The notes under the pieces were generated by a model. It was given only the letters and a program-made list of their open reading frames with translations, was not told the origin of the DNA and did not search any database. DNA of 64,000 nucleotides from a virus. The stretch is from positions 1 to 64,000 of IMG/VR virus record IMGVR_UViG_3300044712_000991; one strand, written 5' to 3'. The position numbers and the translations under genes were made by a program. Of this stretch, positions 28,326 through 36,332 are shown one piece after another. The first letter of the stretch is position 1. The number at the start of each line of letters is the position of its first letter.

Positions 28326-29547
28326 GCTCTTGCCCCGTGTAGTCATTGAAAGGACGTTCACAAATCGGGCACACCCCGAGTTCCACTTTGACGCCCTCTA
28401 GTTCGATCTGCGCCGCATCCAACTCTTGCCCCCCTGCTTCCACCTGTGCCGTGCTGTCCTCCATCTGCTTAGTGGTCGTAAGCAAATCCCGCTGTAGTGC
28501 GGTGAGCCTCGTGTGAGCCTCCACGGACACCGTTGCGGGGGAGACATCGAAGACCATCGTGTCCGACTTCAGTACTTTCAAGGGCTTGATAATCGCCCAC
28601 GCGGTCTTCAACTCCTGTAACAGACCCCGAAGACCACTCACTGTGCCCACCTGGGTCTCAATGCCCTCAACGGAGAGGGCAGGGAGTAGGGATACGGGCT
28701 TCAGCCGTTTGATCTGTGCATAAGTCGTTTGCAGTTCATTGTAAAGCACCCGTGCGGCGGTCACACTCGAAAGAGATGTTTCCGCCGCATGGGTCGCAAG
28801 TGGGGGCACCTGCTCTATGACCTTCGTCTGCCGTATGGCATCCGAGAGGGTCTGAAGTTCAGTGCCCAATACACGCAAGGTATCTATTTTCGAACTCAAA
28901 TGCAAAACGGTGCCGTATGTATCCTCGACCTCCACCAGCATCACCCCCGCATCTCTAGCGGGGAGGAGGACATCGAGTTTGGCTTGAAGTTCTTTTTGAC
29001 GCAAAACAAGGCGGTCAAGCTCTTGCTTGTTCGCCCGGATATCTGCATTCTTCTGCACGATGGCGCGATTCACCACATCGCTACCCGTTGCCCGAGCGAA
29101 GATTCGCCCTCGGAGAGCCTCCACACCAGACTTGCCAACGAGGAACTCTCCCTCGTGCTGAGTATGGATGTTGAAGTCGATCTTGTCCTTATCGAAGGTC
29201 TGTATGTCCGCTACTTGCAGGGCTACCCGTACATCCTCGGGCACCGTTGTACCGAAGTTGTTGTACGAATCCTCCCCCACGGTATATGTGTTAACCCCAC
29301 TCTTCTTCACCCCCACGGTCCGCTCTACCACAATGCCATCGACCGTGAGAGCCACCTTACAGACCTTCTGCCCCCACCGCACAAAGAAGTCTCCCGTGGG
29401 GGTGTTGCGCAAGACCTTCCGAACGGCTCGCAGAACGGCGGTCTTGCCCTGATCGGACTCCCCCGTGAAGACCGTGACAGTCGGAGAGATGTCAATCTCC
29501 GTGAGCGCGTGCGACTGATAGTTCTCTATGCGTAGATGGGTGATCAT
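28318..29547 (-). CDS. Rad50/SbcC N-terminal half (Walker A, arm, Zn hook)
   Basis: LRIENYQSH and GESDQGKTAVLRA. The ORF ends just after the CPIC hook. Confidence 0.85.
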   Translation of the reverse strand: MITHLRIENYQSHALTEIDISPTVTVFTGESDQGKTAVLRAVRKVLRNTPTGDFFVRWGQKVCKVALTVDGIVVERTVGVKKSGVNTYTVGEDSYNNFGTTVPEDVRVALQVADIQTFDKDKIDFNIHTQHEGEFLVGKSGVEALRGRIFARATGSDVVNRAIVQKNADIRANKQELDRLVLRQKELQAKLDVLLPARDAGVMLVEVEDTYGTVLHLSSKIDTLRVLGTELQTLSDAIRQTKVIEQVPPLATHAAETSLSSVTAARVLYNELQTTYAQIKRLKPVSLLPALSVEGIETQVGTVSGLRGLLQELKTAWAIIKPLKVLKSDTMVFDVSPATVSVEAHTRLTALQRDLLTTTKQMEDSTAQVEAGGQELDAAQIELEGVKVELGVCPICERPFNDYTGQEHA

Positions 29548-29951
29548 TTTTTGATTCCTGGAAGACCCATGAGTATTTTGGATGCTCGTGCGGCACGTTG
29601 CTCCTCATCATACACCGTTAACGCTACATGGTTCTCAACGGATGCGAATGAGGTGAAAGTCAGTTTTCTGATAATGATGGGCATCCCCGCGAAAGTCAGT
29701 TCTACGAGGGAATCCCCCTCAATGACAGAAAAGAACACCGCCTCCGTCGCCGTATCAAGATTCGGCAGCGGTGAGATAGGCAGTGCGAACAATCTCCGAG
29801 GAGGCTTGTCCGTATCGATAATCAAATCGATCCCGAACAGCATTATGGGGTCCTGGGGGAAACTGTCGTTCTGCCATTGGGCAACCCTACGACGTTCATC
29901 CTCCTGTGCCCTCGCTATACTGTCAGAATCCGCCAATCTAGGAGACAACAT
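29544..29951 (-). CDS. Hypothetical protein
   Basis: 135-aa coupled ORF. Confidence 0.55.
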   Translation of the reverse strand: MLSPRLADSDSIARAQEDERRRVAQWQNDSFPQDPIMLFGIDLIIDTDKPPRRLFALPISPLPNLDTATEAVFFSVIEGDSLVELTFAGMPIIIRKLTFTSFASVENHVALTVYDEEQRAARASKILMGLPGIKK

Positions 29952-30456
29952 CGAGTACCTCCTTTTCTTCCTCTTCAGACAATGTGGTCGGCACGCGTTC
30001 GATATGCACCAGTCTGTAACTTGGAGTGCGAAATACCTCTAGGTATGCCACGACCTGCCCCTTACGGGCAATCACGGGGAACTTCGGATTCAGGTTCGTA
30101 AGAACGAGTTCGATGGTTTTATGGGGGACTTCGTTGTACACATAGGGTAGCACATCCACCCCCGCCATCTTGATCTCCTTCGTGGAGTACACTCTGCACC
30201 CGACTTGACCAAACAGCGATACGCGCCTACCACAACAGACGAACGTGCCGAACGGAGCAACCATGACACCCGTAGGCACCACCCTCCAGTTGTAAGATGG
30301 AACGGCCACCTTCTGTGAGGCACGCAGTTCGTACAACCCCACCTGCCCTTTCACGGGCTTCAGGGGGAAGCCCTCATCCACATAGACCACCACGGGGGCG
30401 TACTCCCGAAGGAGAATGTACAGCGCTAGGATCAATGCTGCGATTGAGAGAATCAT
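29938..30456 (-). CDS. Degenerate trimeric-dUTPase-fold protein with N-terminal TM anchor
   Basis: Start MILSIAALILALYILL (ATGA overlap). GLYELRAS...VVPTGVMV...IELVLTN...KGQVVAYL matches the dUTPase scaffold, but catalytic motifs II, III and V are lost. Confidence 0.55.
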   Translation of the reverse strand: MILSIAALILALYILLREYAPVVVYVDEGFPLKPVKGQVGLYELRASQKVAVPSYNWRVVPTGVMVAPFGTFVCCGRRVSLFGQVGCRVYSTKEIKMAGVDVLPYVYNEVPHKTIELVLTNLNPKFPVIARKGQVVAYLEVFRTPSYRLVHIERVPTTLSEEEEKEVLDVVS

Positions 30457-30938
30457 TGTGGTTGTGCTTCCGTTTCGGTTCGCATCAGCGCCTCGATCTG
30501 CTCCCAACTGTCTCGCATTTCGAGCATCTTCGCACACACCTGTTCGATGTTCAGACACTTCGACACATCGAACTTCCCGTACTCATTCCGACCGTACACA
30601 AGCCGGAGGAAGTCCTCAAAGGTCACGGTCACCAAGATGCGGGAGCGATTCTTGGAGTGCACAAGTATGGGGAATGTCCTATCATCTGCGTACTTCTCAA
30701 AGTTCTTAAAGAACGCTTGGTAGACATTCAACTTCTCCACCTGCTTGCACTCCACAGCGAACGGAAAGAGGTCGAACGCCTTAGGAGAGAGCACCGTATC
30801 CACACCCGAACCACCCATCTGCCTCGGATACACATCTCCCACACGGAAATCGCTCCATCGCTTACCCATGTGGAGAAACACTCCCGCTACGAAATTCTGG
30901 AGTCTCCTTGCCTTCGCCTTTGCACTACTCGTTCGCAT
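30453..30938 (-). CDS. Holliday junction resolvase, PD-(D/E)xK (Hjc-like)
   Basis: KAKARRLQNFVA...GGSGVDTV...AVECKQVE. Confidence 0.7.
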   Translation of the reverse strand: MRTSSAKAKARRLQNFVAGVFLHMGKRWSDFRVGDVYPRQMGGSGVDTVLSPKAFDLFPFAVECKQVEKLNVYQAFFKNFEKYADDRTFPILVHSKNRSRILVTVTFEDFLRLVYGRNEYGKFDVSKCLNIEQVCAKMLEMRDSWEQIEALMRTETEAQPQ

Positions 30939-31006
30939 CACTCCTCCTGTACCTAGAATGACAAGGAGGTGCCCTCTTCTACCTGAGGGCACCCCATGTC
31001 AGTGAA

Positions 31007-31720
31007 CTACGCCTGTGACGGGAATTCCGCAGTTCCATCACTCTGGAACAACGGATCACCATCCACCGGGTCTTGTGCTTCTTCCACCACTTCCTCGGCG
31101 GGGGATGCCTGGGGAGGCGGGGGCGGTGCTGCGGCCGGTCGCGGTGCCCTCGGTGCTACTGGGGCTGCGGCCGGTCGTGGAGCGGGTGCTGCGGCGGTTG
31201 CTGGGCGTGCCATGGGTGCCACCGCAGGGCGGGCTTGTGGAGCACGCGGGATGGTGGTCGGCTGCGCGGCGGCTTGCTGGGACACCATCGGTCGTGGTGC
31301 CTGTCGTGGCGCAAGCGTCTGCGGCTGTGCTGCCATGAACGCATCGTACTCCGGAAGAGTGATCTCCCCGAGTTCGTTGGCCTGATTCTGGTTCTTCAGC
31401 GTCTTGATCGCAACCTTCGCGACGAAACGATGTCCAACCAGATCATCCAGGTTGATGGCCTGTCCGACCTCAATGGCACCGAACCCGACCTTGGTGAAGA
31501 ACTTCCGCAGGGCGTTCTTCTCGGTCAGATGCGTGGGCGTGAGCACCGAGAACGTGTCCTTGGTGAACTCCTCCGGCAACGGATCGAGAATGCGCAGTGT
31601 CCAGATGTAGTACTTGTCACCATCCTTCTGCGTGGATTCCTTCTCCTCGTACTTCACGATCGAAAGGTTGTACACGCCCTCGGGGAATGGGATGTATCGG
31701 GTCATCGTTACTACTGCCAT
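31007..31720 (-). CDS. Single-stranded DNA-binding protein (DUF669-like OB fold) with Pro/Ala linker and acidic tail
   Basis: PFPEGVYNLSI...YYIWTLRI...NLDDLVG, then a P/A-rich linker and the acidic end EEVVEEAQDPVDGDPLF. Confidence 0.65.
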   Translation of the reverse strand: MAVVTMTRYIPFPEGVYNLSIVKYEEKESTQKDGDKYYIWTLRILDPLPEEFTKDTFSVLTPTHLTEKNALRKFFTKVGFGAIEVGQAINLDDLVGHRFVAKVAIKTLKNQNQANELGEITLPEYDAFMAAQPQTLAPRQAPRPMVSQQAAAQPTTIPRAPQARPAVAPMARPATAAAPAPRPAAAPVAPRAPRPAAAPPPPPQASPAEEVVEEAQDPVDGDPLFQSDGTAEFPSQA

Positions 31721-31732
31721 GTGGTACCTCGC

Positions 31733-31777
31733 TAGATATGAGAATGAGAGTAAGTTATGAGTATGATGATGATGTTA
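31733..31777 (-). promoter_or_regulatory. 45-nt G-free unstructured leader upstream of the SSB gene
   Basis: mRNA-sense TAACATCATCATCATACTCATAACTTACTCTCATTCTCATATCTA directly before the RBS GCGAGG. Confidence 0.55.
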
Positions 31778-31792
31778 CTTGTACAACTACCT

Positions 31793-32347
31793 CTACAGCA
31801 ACCCCTTATACGACAGGAGTTCCGCGACCGTTATCTGTCGATTGATGTTCAGGTTCGCGGAGTCCAGAAGTTCCAACTTCTTGTCGAACGCCTGGATTAT
31901 CGTTTTGAGTACCGCAAGCATCTGCGTGCAGTACTCATGCATATCATAGATGTCGGGACGGAGGTCGTGCATGCGAGCCTCCTGCATGTCCTTGTTCTTC
32001 ATCGCCTTCACCGTGGGATCGGACACGAGTTTGGCGCGTGCGTGCCTCAGATGCGTGCTAGCGGTACCCAACAAGGACTCCCACTTGGACTTCTCGAACA
32101 ACGCGCCCATGATGATGGTCACCACCTCGTTCTTCCTACGCTGTACCTCCTCCAACTGCGCCCAGAAGACTGGGAGGTTCGTACTCGGGTCGGCCATGAG
32201 ATTCATCTGATCCATACCCGATATCTGATCCTCCCAAACATTCCAGACAATCTGTGCATTCTCACCCGCCTCGGACACCTTGTCGCAGAACGACTCGAAT
32301 GCCACCTCATCGAAGTCAGCAATAGCGAATGGGGCTCTGTCCATCAC
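31793..32347 (-). CDS. Helical protein, possible UvsY-like recombination mediator
   Basis: All-alpha/coiled coil, located between recA and the SSB gene. The call is mainly contextual. Confidence 0.4.
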   Translation of the reverse strand: MMDRAPFAIADFDEVAFESFCDKVSEAGENAQIVWNVWEDQISGMDQMNLMADPSTNLPVFWAQLEEVQRRKNEVVTIIMGALFEKSKWESLLGTASTHLRHARAKLVSDPTVKAMKNKDMQEARMHDLRPDIYDMHEYCTQMLAVLKTIIQAFDKKLELLDSANLNINRQITVAELLSYKGLL

Positions 32348-33432
32348 GCGGTCTCCCGTGATTTGGCGAGGATGCCATCCCGCAGAACGCCGATGAGCTC
32401 GGGTTTGGTCGCGAAATACACCTTGACAGCATCCATACCCTGACCGATTCGCTCCTCTTTGTAGGAGTACCAGGACCCCGACTTGTCAATCAGACCGAAC
32501 TGTACGGCGGTGTTCACGATGTCCCCCACAGCATCGATGCCCTTGCCGTACATGATGTCCACGATGCACTCTTTGAAGGGCGGGGCGACCTTGTTCTTCA
32601 CGACCTTAATGCGTGAACGGTTGCCGATCATGTCCGAGCCGTTCTTGAGGGTCTCGATGCGCCGGATGTCCAACCTCACCGAGGCGTAGAACTTGAGGGC
32701 GTTCCCGCCCGTGGTGGTCTCGGGATTCCCGAACATCACCCCGATCTTCTGCCGTAGTTGATTGGTGAACATCAGCGTGGTACCCGTGCTTGCCACGGGA
32801 GCCGTGAGTTTGCGCAAGGCCTGGGACATCAGCCGTGCCTGGAGACCCATCTGAGGATCACCCATTTCCCCCTCGATCTCTGCACGGGGTGTCAAGGCCG
32901 CCACGGAGTCCACGAGCACGAGATCGATGGCCGCCGAACGAACCCACGCCTCCGCGATTTCAAGCGCCTGTTCTCCGCACTCGGGCTGTGAGAGGTAGAG
33001 TTCATCGGGGCGCACACCCAACGCCTGAGCGTACTTCATGTCCAACGCATGCTCGGCATCGATGAACGCCACGGTACCGCCCGCGGCTTGCACCTGTGCC
33101 GCAAGGTGCAGACAGATGGTGGTCTTGCCCGATGCCTCGGGTCCGAAGATTTCAACGACACGCCCACGAGGAACACCCCCGACACCGAGCGCAAGGTCGA
33201 GAGAGATGCTCGTCGTGGGGATGACCGCGATGTCCACCAACGGCTTGTCACTCATGCGCATCACCGACCCCTTACCGTGCGCCTTTTCAATCTGCTCGAA
33301 GGCGGTCTTGATCGCCGCCCTGCGTGCTTCCCTGTCATTCGCTGTCTTGGGGGGAGGGAGCGCCACGGATGGCGTAGATTTGGGTACGAGCGGTTGTTTG
33401 GGTGGTTCTGCTTCCATGACGAGTTTGGCCAT
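32344..33432 (-). CDS. recA: RecA recombinase
   Basis: [37 protein letters not shown] and [12 protein letters not shown]. Confidence 0.97.
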   Translation of the reverse strand: MAKLVMEAEPPKQPLVPKSTPSVALPPPKTANDREARRAAIKTAFEQIEKAHGKGSVMRMSDKPLVDIAVIPTTSISLDLALGVGGVPRGRVVEIFGPEASGKTTICLHLAAQVQAAGGTVAFIDAEHALDMKYAQALGVRPDELYLSQPECGEQALEIAEAWVRSAAIDLVLVDSVAALTPRAEIEGEMGDPQMGLQARLMSQALRKLTAPVASTGTTLMFTNQLRQKIGVMFGNPETTTGGNALKFYASVRLDIRRIETLKNGSDMIGNRSRIKVVKNKVAPPFKECIVDIMYGKGIDAVGDIVNTAVQFGLIDKSGSWYSYKEERIGQGMDAVKVYFATKPELIGVLRDGILAKSRETA

Positions 33433-34229
33433 TAGGATACCTTCATGTTCAATGCTTGATAGATTAGGTCGGGTCGCCCCAGGCGCACAGCCTCATCGGG
33501 GTCTTTCACTTCCTTCAATATACTTATTTGAAAATTGAGATGCAAATCACGCAGCATCTGGAGCACCTTGGTCGTCGCATTCCTGCCAGCAATGTCATTA
33601 TCAAGCATCAGCACGAAGTTCGGTGAGTACCGCGCTAGCCGTAGCAGGTGTGCTTCCGTAATGGCCGTACCAGCAACCGCAACAGCACTCCCCACCCCCA
33701 CCTGAAACATTGAGAGCACATCAGCATTGCCCTCAACCAACACCCAGTTCTCAATCTTCTCGTTACACATGAGAGCCTCCCTCAGTCCGTAGATCATGAG
33801 GCTCTTGTTGAACACCGCACAGTTGGCGGTATTGACGTACTTATGTGCATCGGTATCTTTGGTGAGAATCCTACCACTGTAGCCATACACGGTATCATCG
33901 ATATCCGAGAATGGAAACATCAGCCTGTGTTCGAACTTCAAGATTAGGCACCGACCATCCTCGGATATCCTCCAGAACCCCGTGGCCTCCACCTGCTCCT
34001 CTGTCCACCCCTGGGCAACAGCGAACTCGTATGGAAGCGCTCCCTCAGGACAGTACCCGATACGGAACAACTCCAACATCTCGGGTGAAAATCCTCTGTC
34101 CGCGATGTACCTGTGGACATCCCCCGCAGGATCACCGACCATCAATTGCTCTTGGAAGTACGCCGTGAACTGCTGGTTGATGTCATACAGCGGTGCCACG
34201 GTCGCCAATATTTGAGCGACATCATACAC
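33432..34229 (-). CDS. dnaG: DnaG-type primase catalytic core (no Zn-binding domain)
   Basis: FRIGYCP, HRLMFPF, KYVNT, LVEGNAD, MLDND and KDPDE. Probable GTG start at 34229. No CHC2 motif. Confidence 0.85.
   Translation of the reverse strand: MYDVAQILATVAPLYDINQQFTAYFQEQLMVGDPAGDVHRYIADRGFSPEMLELFRIGYCPEGALPYEFAVAQGWTEEQVEATGFWRISEDGRCLILKFEHRLMFPFSDIDDTVYGYSGRILTKDTDAHKYVNTANCAVFNKSLMIYGLREALMCNEKIENWVLVEGNADVLSMFQVGVGSAVAVAGTAITEAHLLRLARYSPNFVLMLDNDIAGRNATTKVLQMLRDLHLNFQISILKEVKDPDEAVRLGRPDLIYQALNMKVS
33517..33545 (-). promoter_or_regulatory. Sigma70-type promoter TTGCAT-17-TATATT inside the primase 3' end, driving recA
   Basis: TTGCAT ctcaattttcaaataag TATATT, about 85 nt upstream of the recA ATG. 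Confidence 0.65.
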
Positions 34230-34860
34230 CGCATGGTCTCCCGTGCATAAACGCATGCAAAGCGAGTAATATCGCATCGTACTGCTGTTTCAAGCGCTCT
34301 GCCTCATCCTCCACGGAGTACTTGCCTGTGCCTTGGAAGGACACCCACGTCTTGCTCGGGTTGTGGTGAGAGTTGTACAGGTGCCCGAAACAGAAGGCCG
34401 TTCCACCGTGCTTCACTTGGTTGTCGAGATTGTGTGGGGCATCATCGATGAGGATAGTCTCCTCAAACTGGTACTTCCCGACCAATCCCTTCTCCTTTGA
34501 GAACACGAGGGGGACATCCGCCGCTGGCAAAAATGCCTCCACCCACTCCATCGTAGGGAACATCGTACGCTCGTACTGTGTGGTGACCAACCAGACGTTC
34601 GGATACTCCTGAATGACACGCCTCAAGAAATCCACCGCGCCCACGTAGGGCTCTGCGTAGCGATAGACCATGTACGGCTGCTCTTCGAGATAGAACTTCC
34701 GATTGTCTGCCCCCGGGGGGAAAGAGGCGGCGATATTGAAGTCCGCGAACGGGTAGACCACCTTCTCTCCTGGATGCGCGGCTTCCCAATGTCGAATAAG
34801 TGAGGCGTTCCAGTTCCGCAGAACACCATCAATATCGACCTTGATGAGCGTAGTCGCCAT
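34222..34860 (-). CDS. 5'(3')-deoxyribonucleotidase-like HAD phosphatase
   Basis: KVDIDGVL and LIDDAPHNL. An alternative start at 34902 is possible. Confidence 0.75.
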   Translation of the reverse strand: MATTLIKVDIDGVLRNWNASLIRHWEAAHPGEKVVYPFADFNIAASFPPGADNRKFYLEEQPYMVYRYAEPYVGAVDFLRRVIQEYPNVWLVTTQYERTMFPTMEWVEAFLPAADVPLVFSKEKGLVGKYQFEETILIDDAPHNLDNQVKHGGTAFCFGHLYNSHHNPSKTWVSFQGTGKYSVEDEAERLKQQYDAILLALHAFMHGRPCGV

Positions 34861-34898
34861 CTTCCCCGAACAACTACAACTTGTAAAATGCTTGTTCC

Positions 34899-36065
34899 TC
34901 ATGCGTCTCGATCTTTCTTCTTGAGCAGAAACAGTGGATTGATGTACTTGAACTTCAACCGGCCGAACCGACCGAGAGGCTTGTCTGACAGCCCCACGAA
35001 GACCGCGCCCTCCGCAGGTGAGTGGTTCGGATACTCCAAGTGGTTCACCGAATCCATGTCGAACAGCCGTAAGGTCATCTTCCGCTGGATCACGGGCACC
35101 GTTGGCACCTCGTGACGCTCCATGAGCGACAAGAACTGATCGTACGGGAGATACCGACCGACCGCGCCCGTCATGACGTACACATCAAAGGCGAAAAATT
35201 GACGCCCCCGCATACCCATCGGGTTGGACTGGATGCCCTCCCCCGCAATCTCACCCTGTATGGCAACCCTCTCCACGCCCAACTCTTCACTCAATTTGTA
35301 CGCAAGCCATATGAGCCCATTTTCCTTGGCCGTACGCCAGTAGATGTTGGTCGCAAAACCGAACTGCTTCTCTTCTTCCCGCGAGTTACCGTTCACCACC
35401 GTATCCGGTGGCTTCAGTTCCTGATTGCGAGAGCACACTCCGACCTCATCACCCTTCCGAGTGGAATCGTAGAAGACCGTCAGGGATGTCCCATCGATCT
35501 TCATGCTCATCACGAACTCCTCATCAAGAAGAGGTTCGAGCAAGGTCTTCACGTTCTGATAGCGCTCGGCATCCGTTTTGGGACACCAATCGGGGTACAG
35601 CCCCTTGGCATCCGCCGAGAACACGGCCTCCTGCGGGGGTTCGTACTTCGTGACCCCGAGGTACTCCGCAAAATCGAGCCCAGGGACGAACAACTTCGAG
35701 GGCGGGTCGATGACCAACCCCTGTGAGATGACCCCGCGCAGACGAATCGTCCGAATACGGGCGATGGGGCGCTGCGCGAGGACAGTAAACTCACCCTTGG
35801 CTTCATCCTCGGGAGTGGCAAAGAACGGGGGCACACGGACTGTCCGCATCTTCGCCTGTTTGGTCAGGAACTCGAACTCCTTGCGGGAACAGTCCACCAT
35901 GGCATCCACTGGGATGTACACCACATGCTGCCCCACCATGCGCTTTCCCCGCACATCCTGGCAAACCCACCCGACCTCCTCGAAGGTGAGAATGTCGAGA
36001 TTATCGGAATTGGGGTTCGGTTCAACAGTCTTGATGGTGACTACAGGGCACTCGAACAGACTCAT
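34899..36065 (-). CDS. ATP-dependent RNA ligase (Rnl2-like, DRB0094-type with N-terminal OB domain)
   Basis: N-terminal VVYIPVD...IRTIRLRGVISQG, motif I MKIDGTS, QGEIAG, FFAFDV, EGAVF and FKYIN. Confidence 0.85.
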   Translation of the reverse strand: MSLFECPVVTIKTVEPNPNSDNLDILTFEEVGWVCQDVRGKRMVGQHVVYIPVDAMVDCSRKEFEFLTKQAKMRTVRVPPFFATPEDEAKGEFTVLAQRPIARIRTIRLRGVISQGLVIDPPSKLFVPGLDFAEYLGVTKYEPPQEAVFSADAKGLYPDWCPKTDAERYQNVKTLLEPLLDEEFVMSMKIDGTSLTVFYDSTRKGDEVGVCSRNQELKPPDTVVNGNSREEEKQFGFATNIYWRTAKENGLIWLAYKLSEELGVERVAIQGEIAGEGIQSNPMGMRGRQFFAFDVYVMTGAVGRYLPYDQFLSLMERHEVPTVPVIQRKMTLRLFDMDSVNHLEYPNHSPAEGAVFVGLSDKPLGRFGRLKFKYINPLFLLKKKDRDA

Positions 36066-36069
36066 GGTG

Positions 36070-36294
36070 TTATCCTTTCTTTGGGGTATGTTTGGAACAC
36101 AGCCCGAATTTTGTAACACTTGCGTAGATGGCGACTGAATCACCCTGTTGATAGGTGGTCAAGCAGAAAAGACCTTCCATGTCCTGACCTAGATCGGCAC
36201 ATGTGCCACAGCACGGTGCCCCATCGTGATACCCACGCTCATCCCGCTTCTTATCCGCGAGGTCTTGCAAGTGTTGTAATCGAGCCTTGTCCAT
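36070..36294 (-). CDS. Small Cys-rich hypothetical protein
   Basis: 74 aa with CCGTC and C..H. Starts 8 nt after a -10 box, so it is near-leaderless. Confidence 0.55.
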   Translation of the reverse strand: MDKARLQHLQDLADKKRDERGYHDGAPCCGTCADLGQDMEGLFCLTTYQQGDSVAIYASVTKFGLCSKHTPKKG

Positions 36295-36302
36295 ACTGCC
36301 CC

Positions 36303-36331
36303 AATATACAAACTCTTTCGGGAAAAGTCAA
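36303..36331 (-). promoter_or_regulatory. Sigma70-type promoter TTGACT-17-TATATT
   Basis: TTGACT tttcccgaaagagtttg TATATT immediately after the polA stop. Confidence 0.75.
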
Positions 36332-36332
36332 A

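Noticed and set aside
31761-31773. GAT/CAT trinucleotide microsatellite as a phase-variation element
   Set aside because: Only about 4 units, non-coding, and better explained as part of the G-free SSB leader.
33432-33545. LexA/SOS box upstream of recA
   Set aside because: No CTGT-N8-ACAG or complete GAAC-N4-GTTC palindrome near the promoter.
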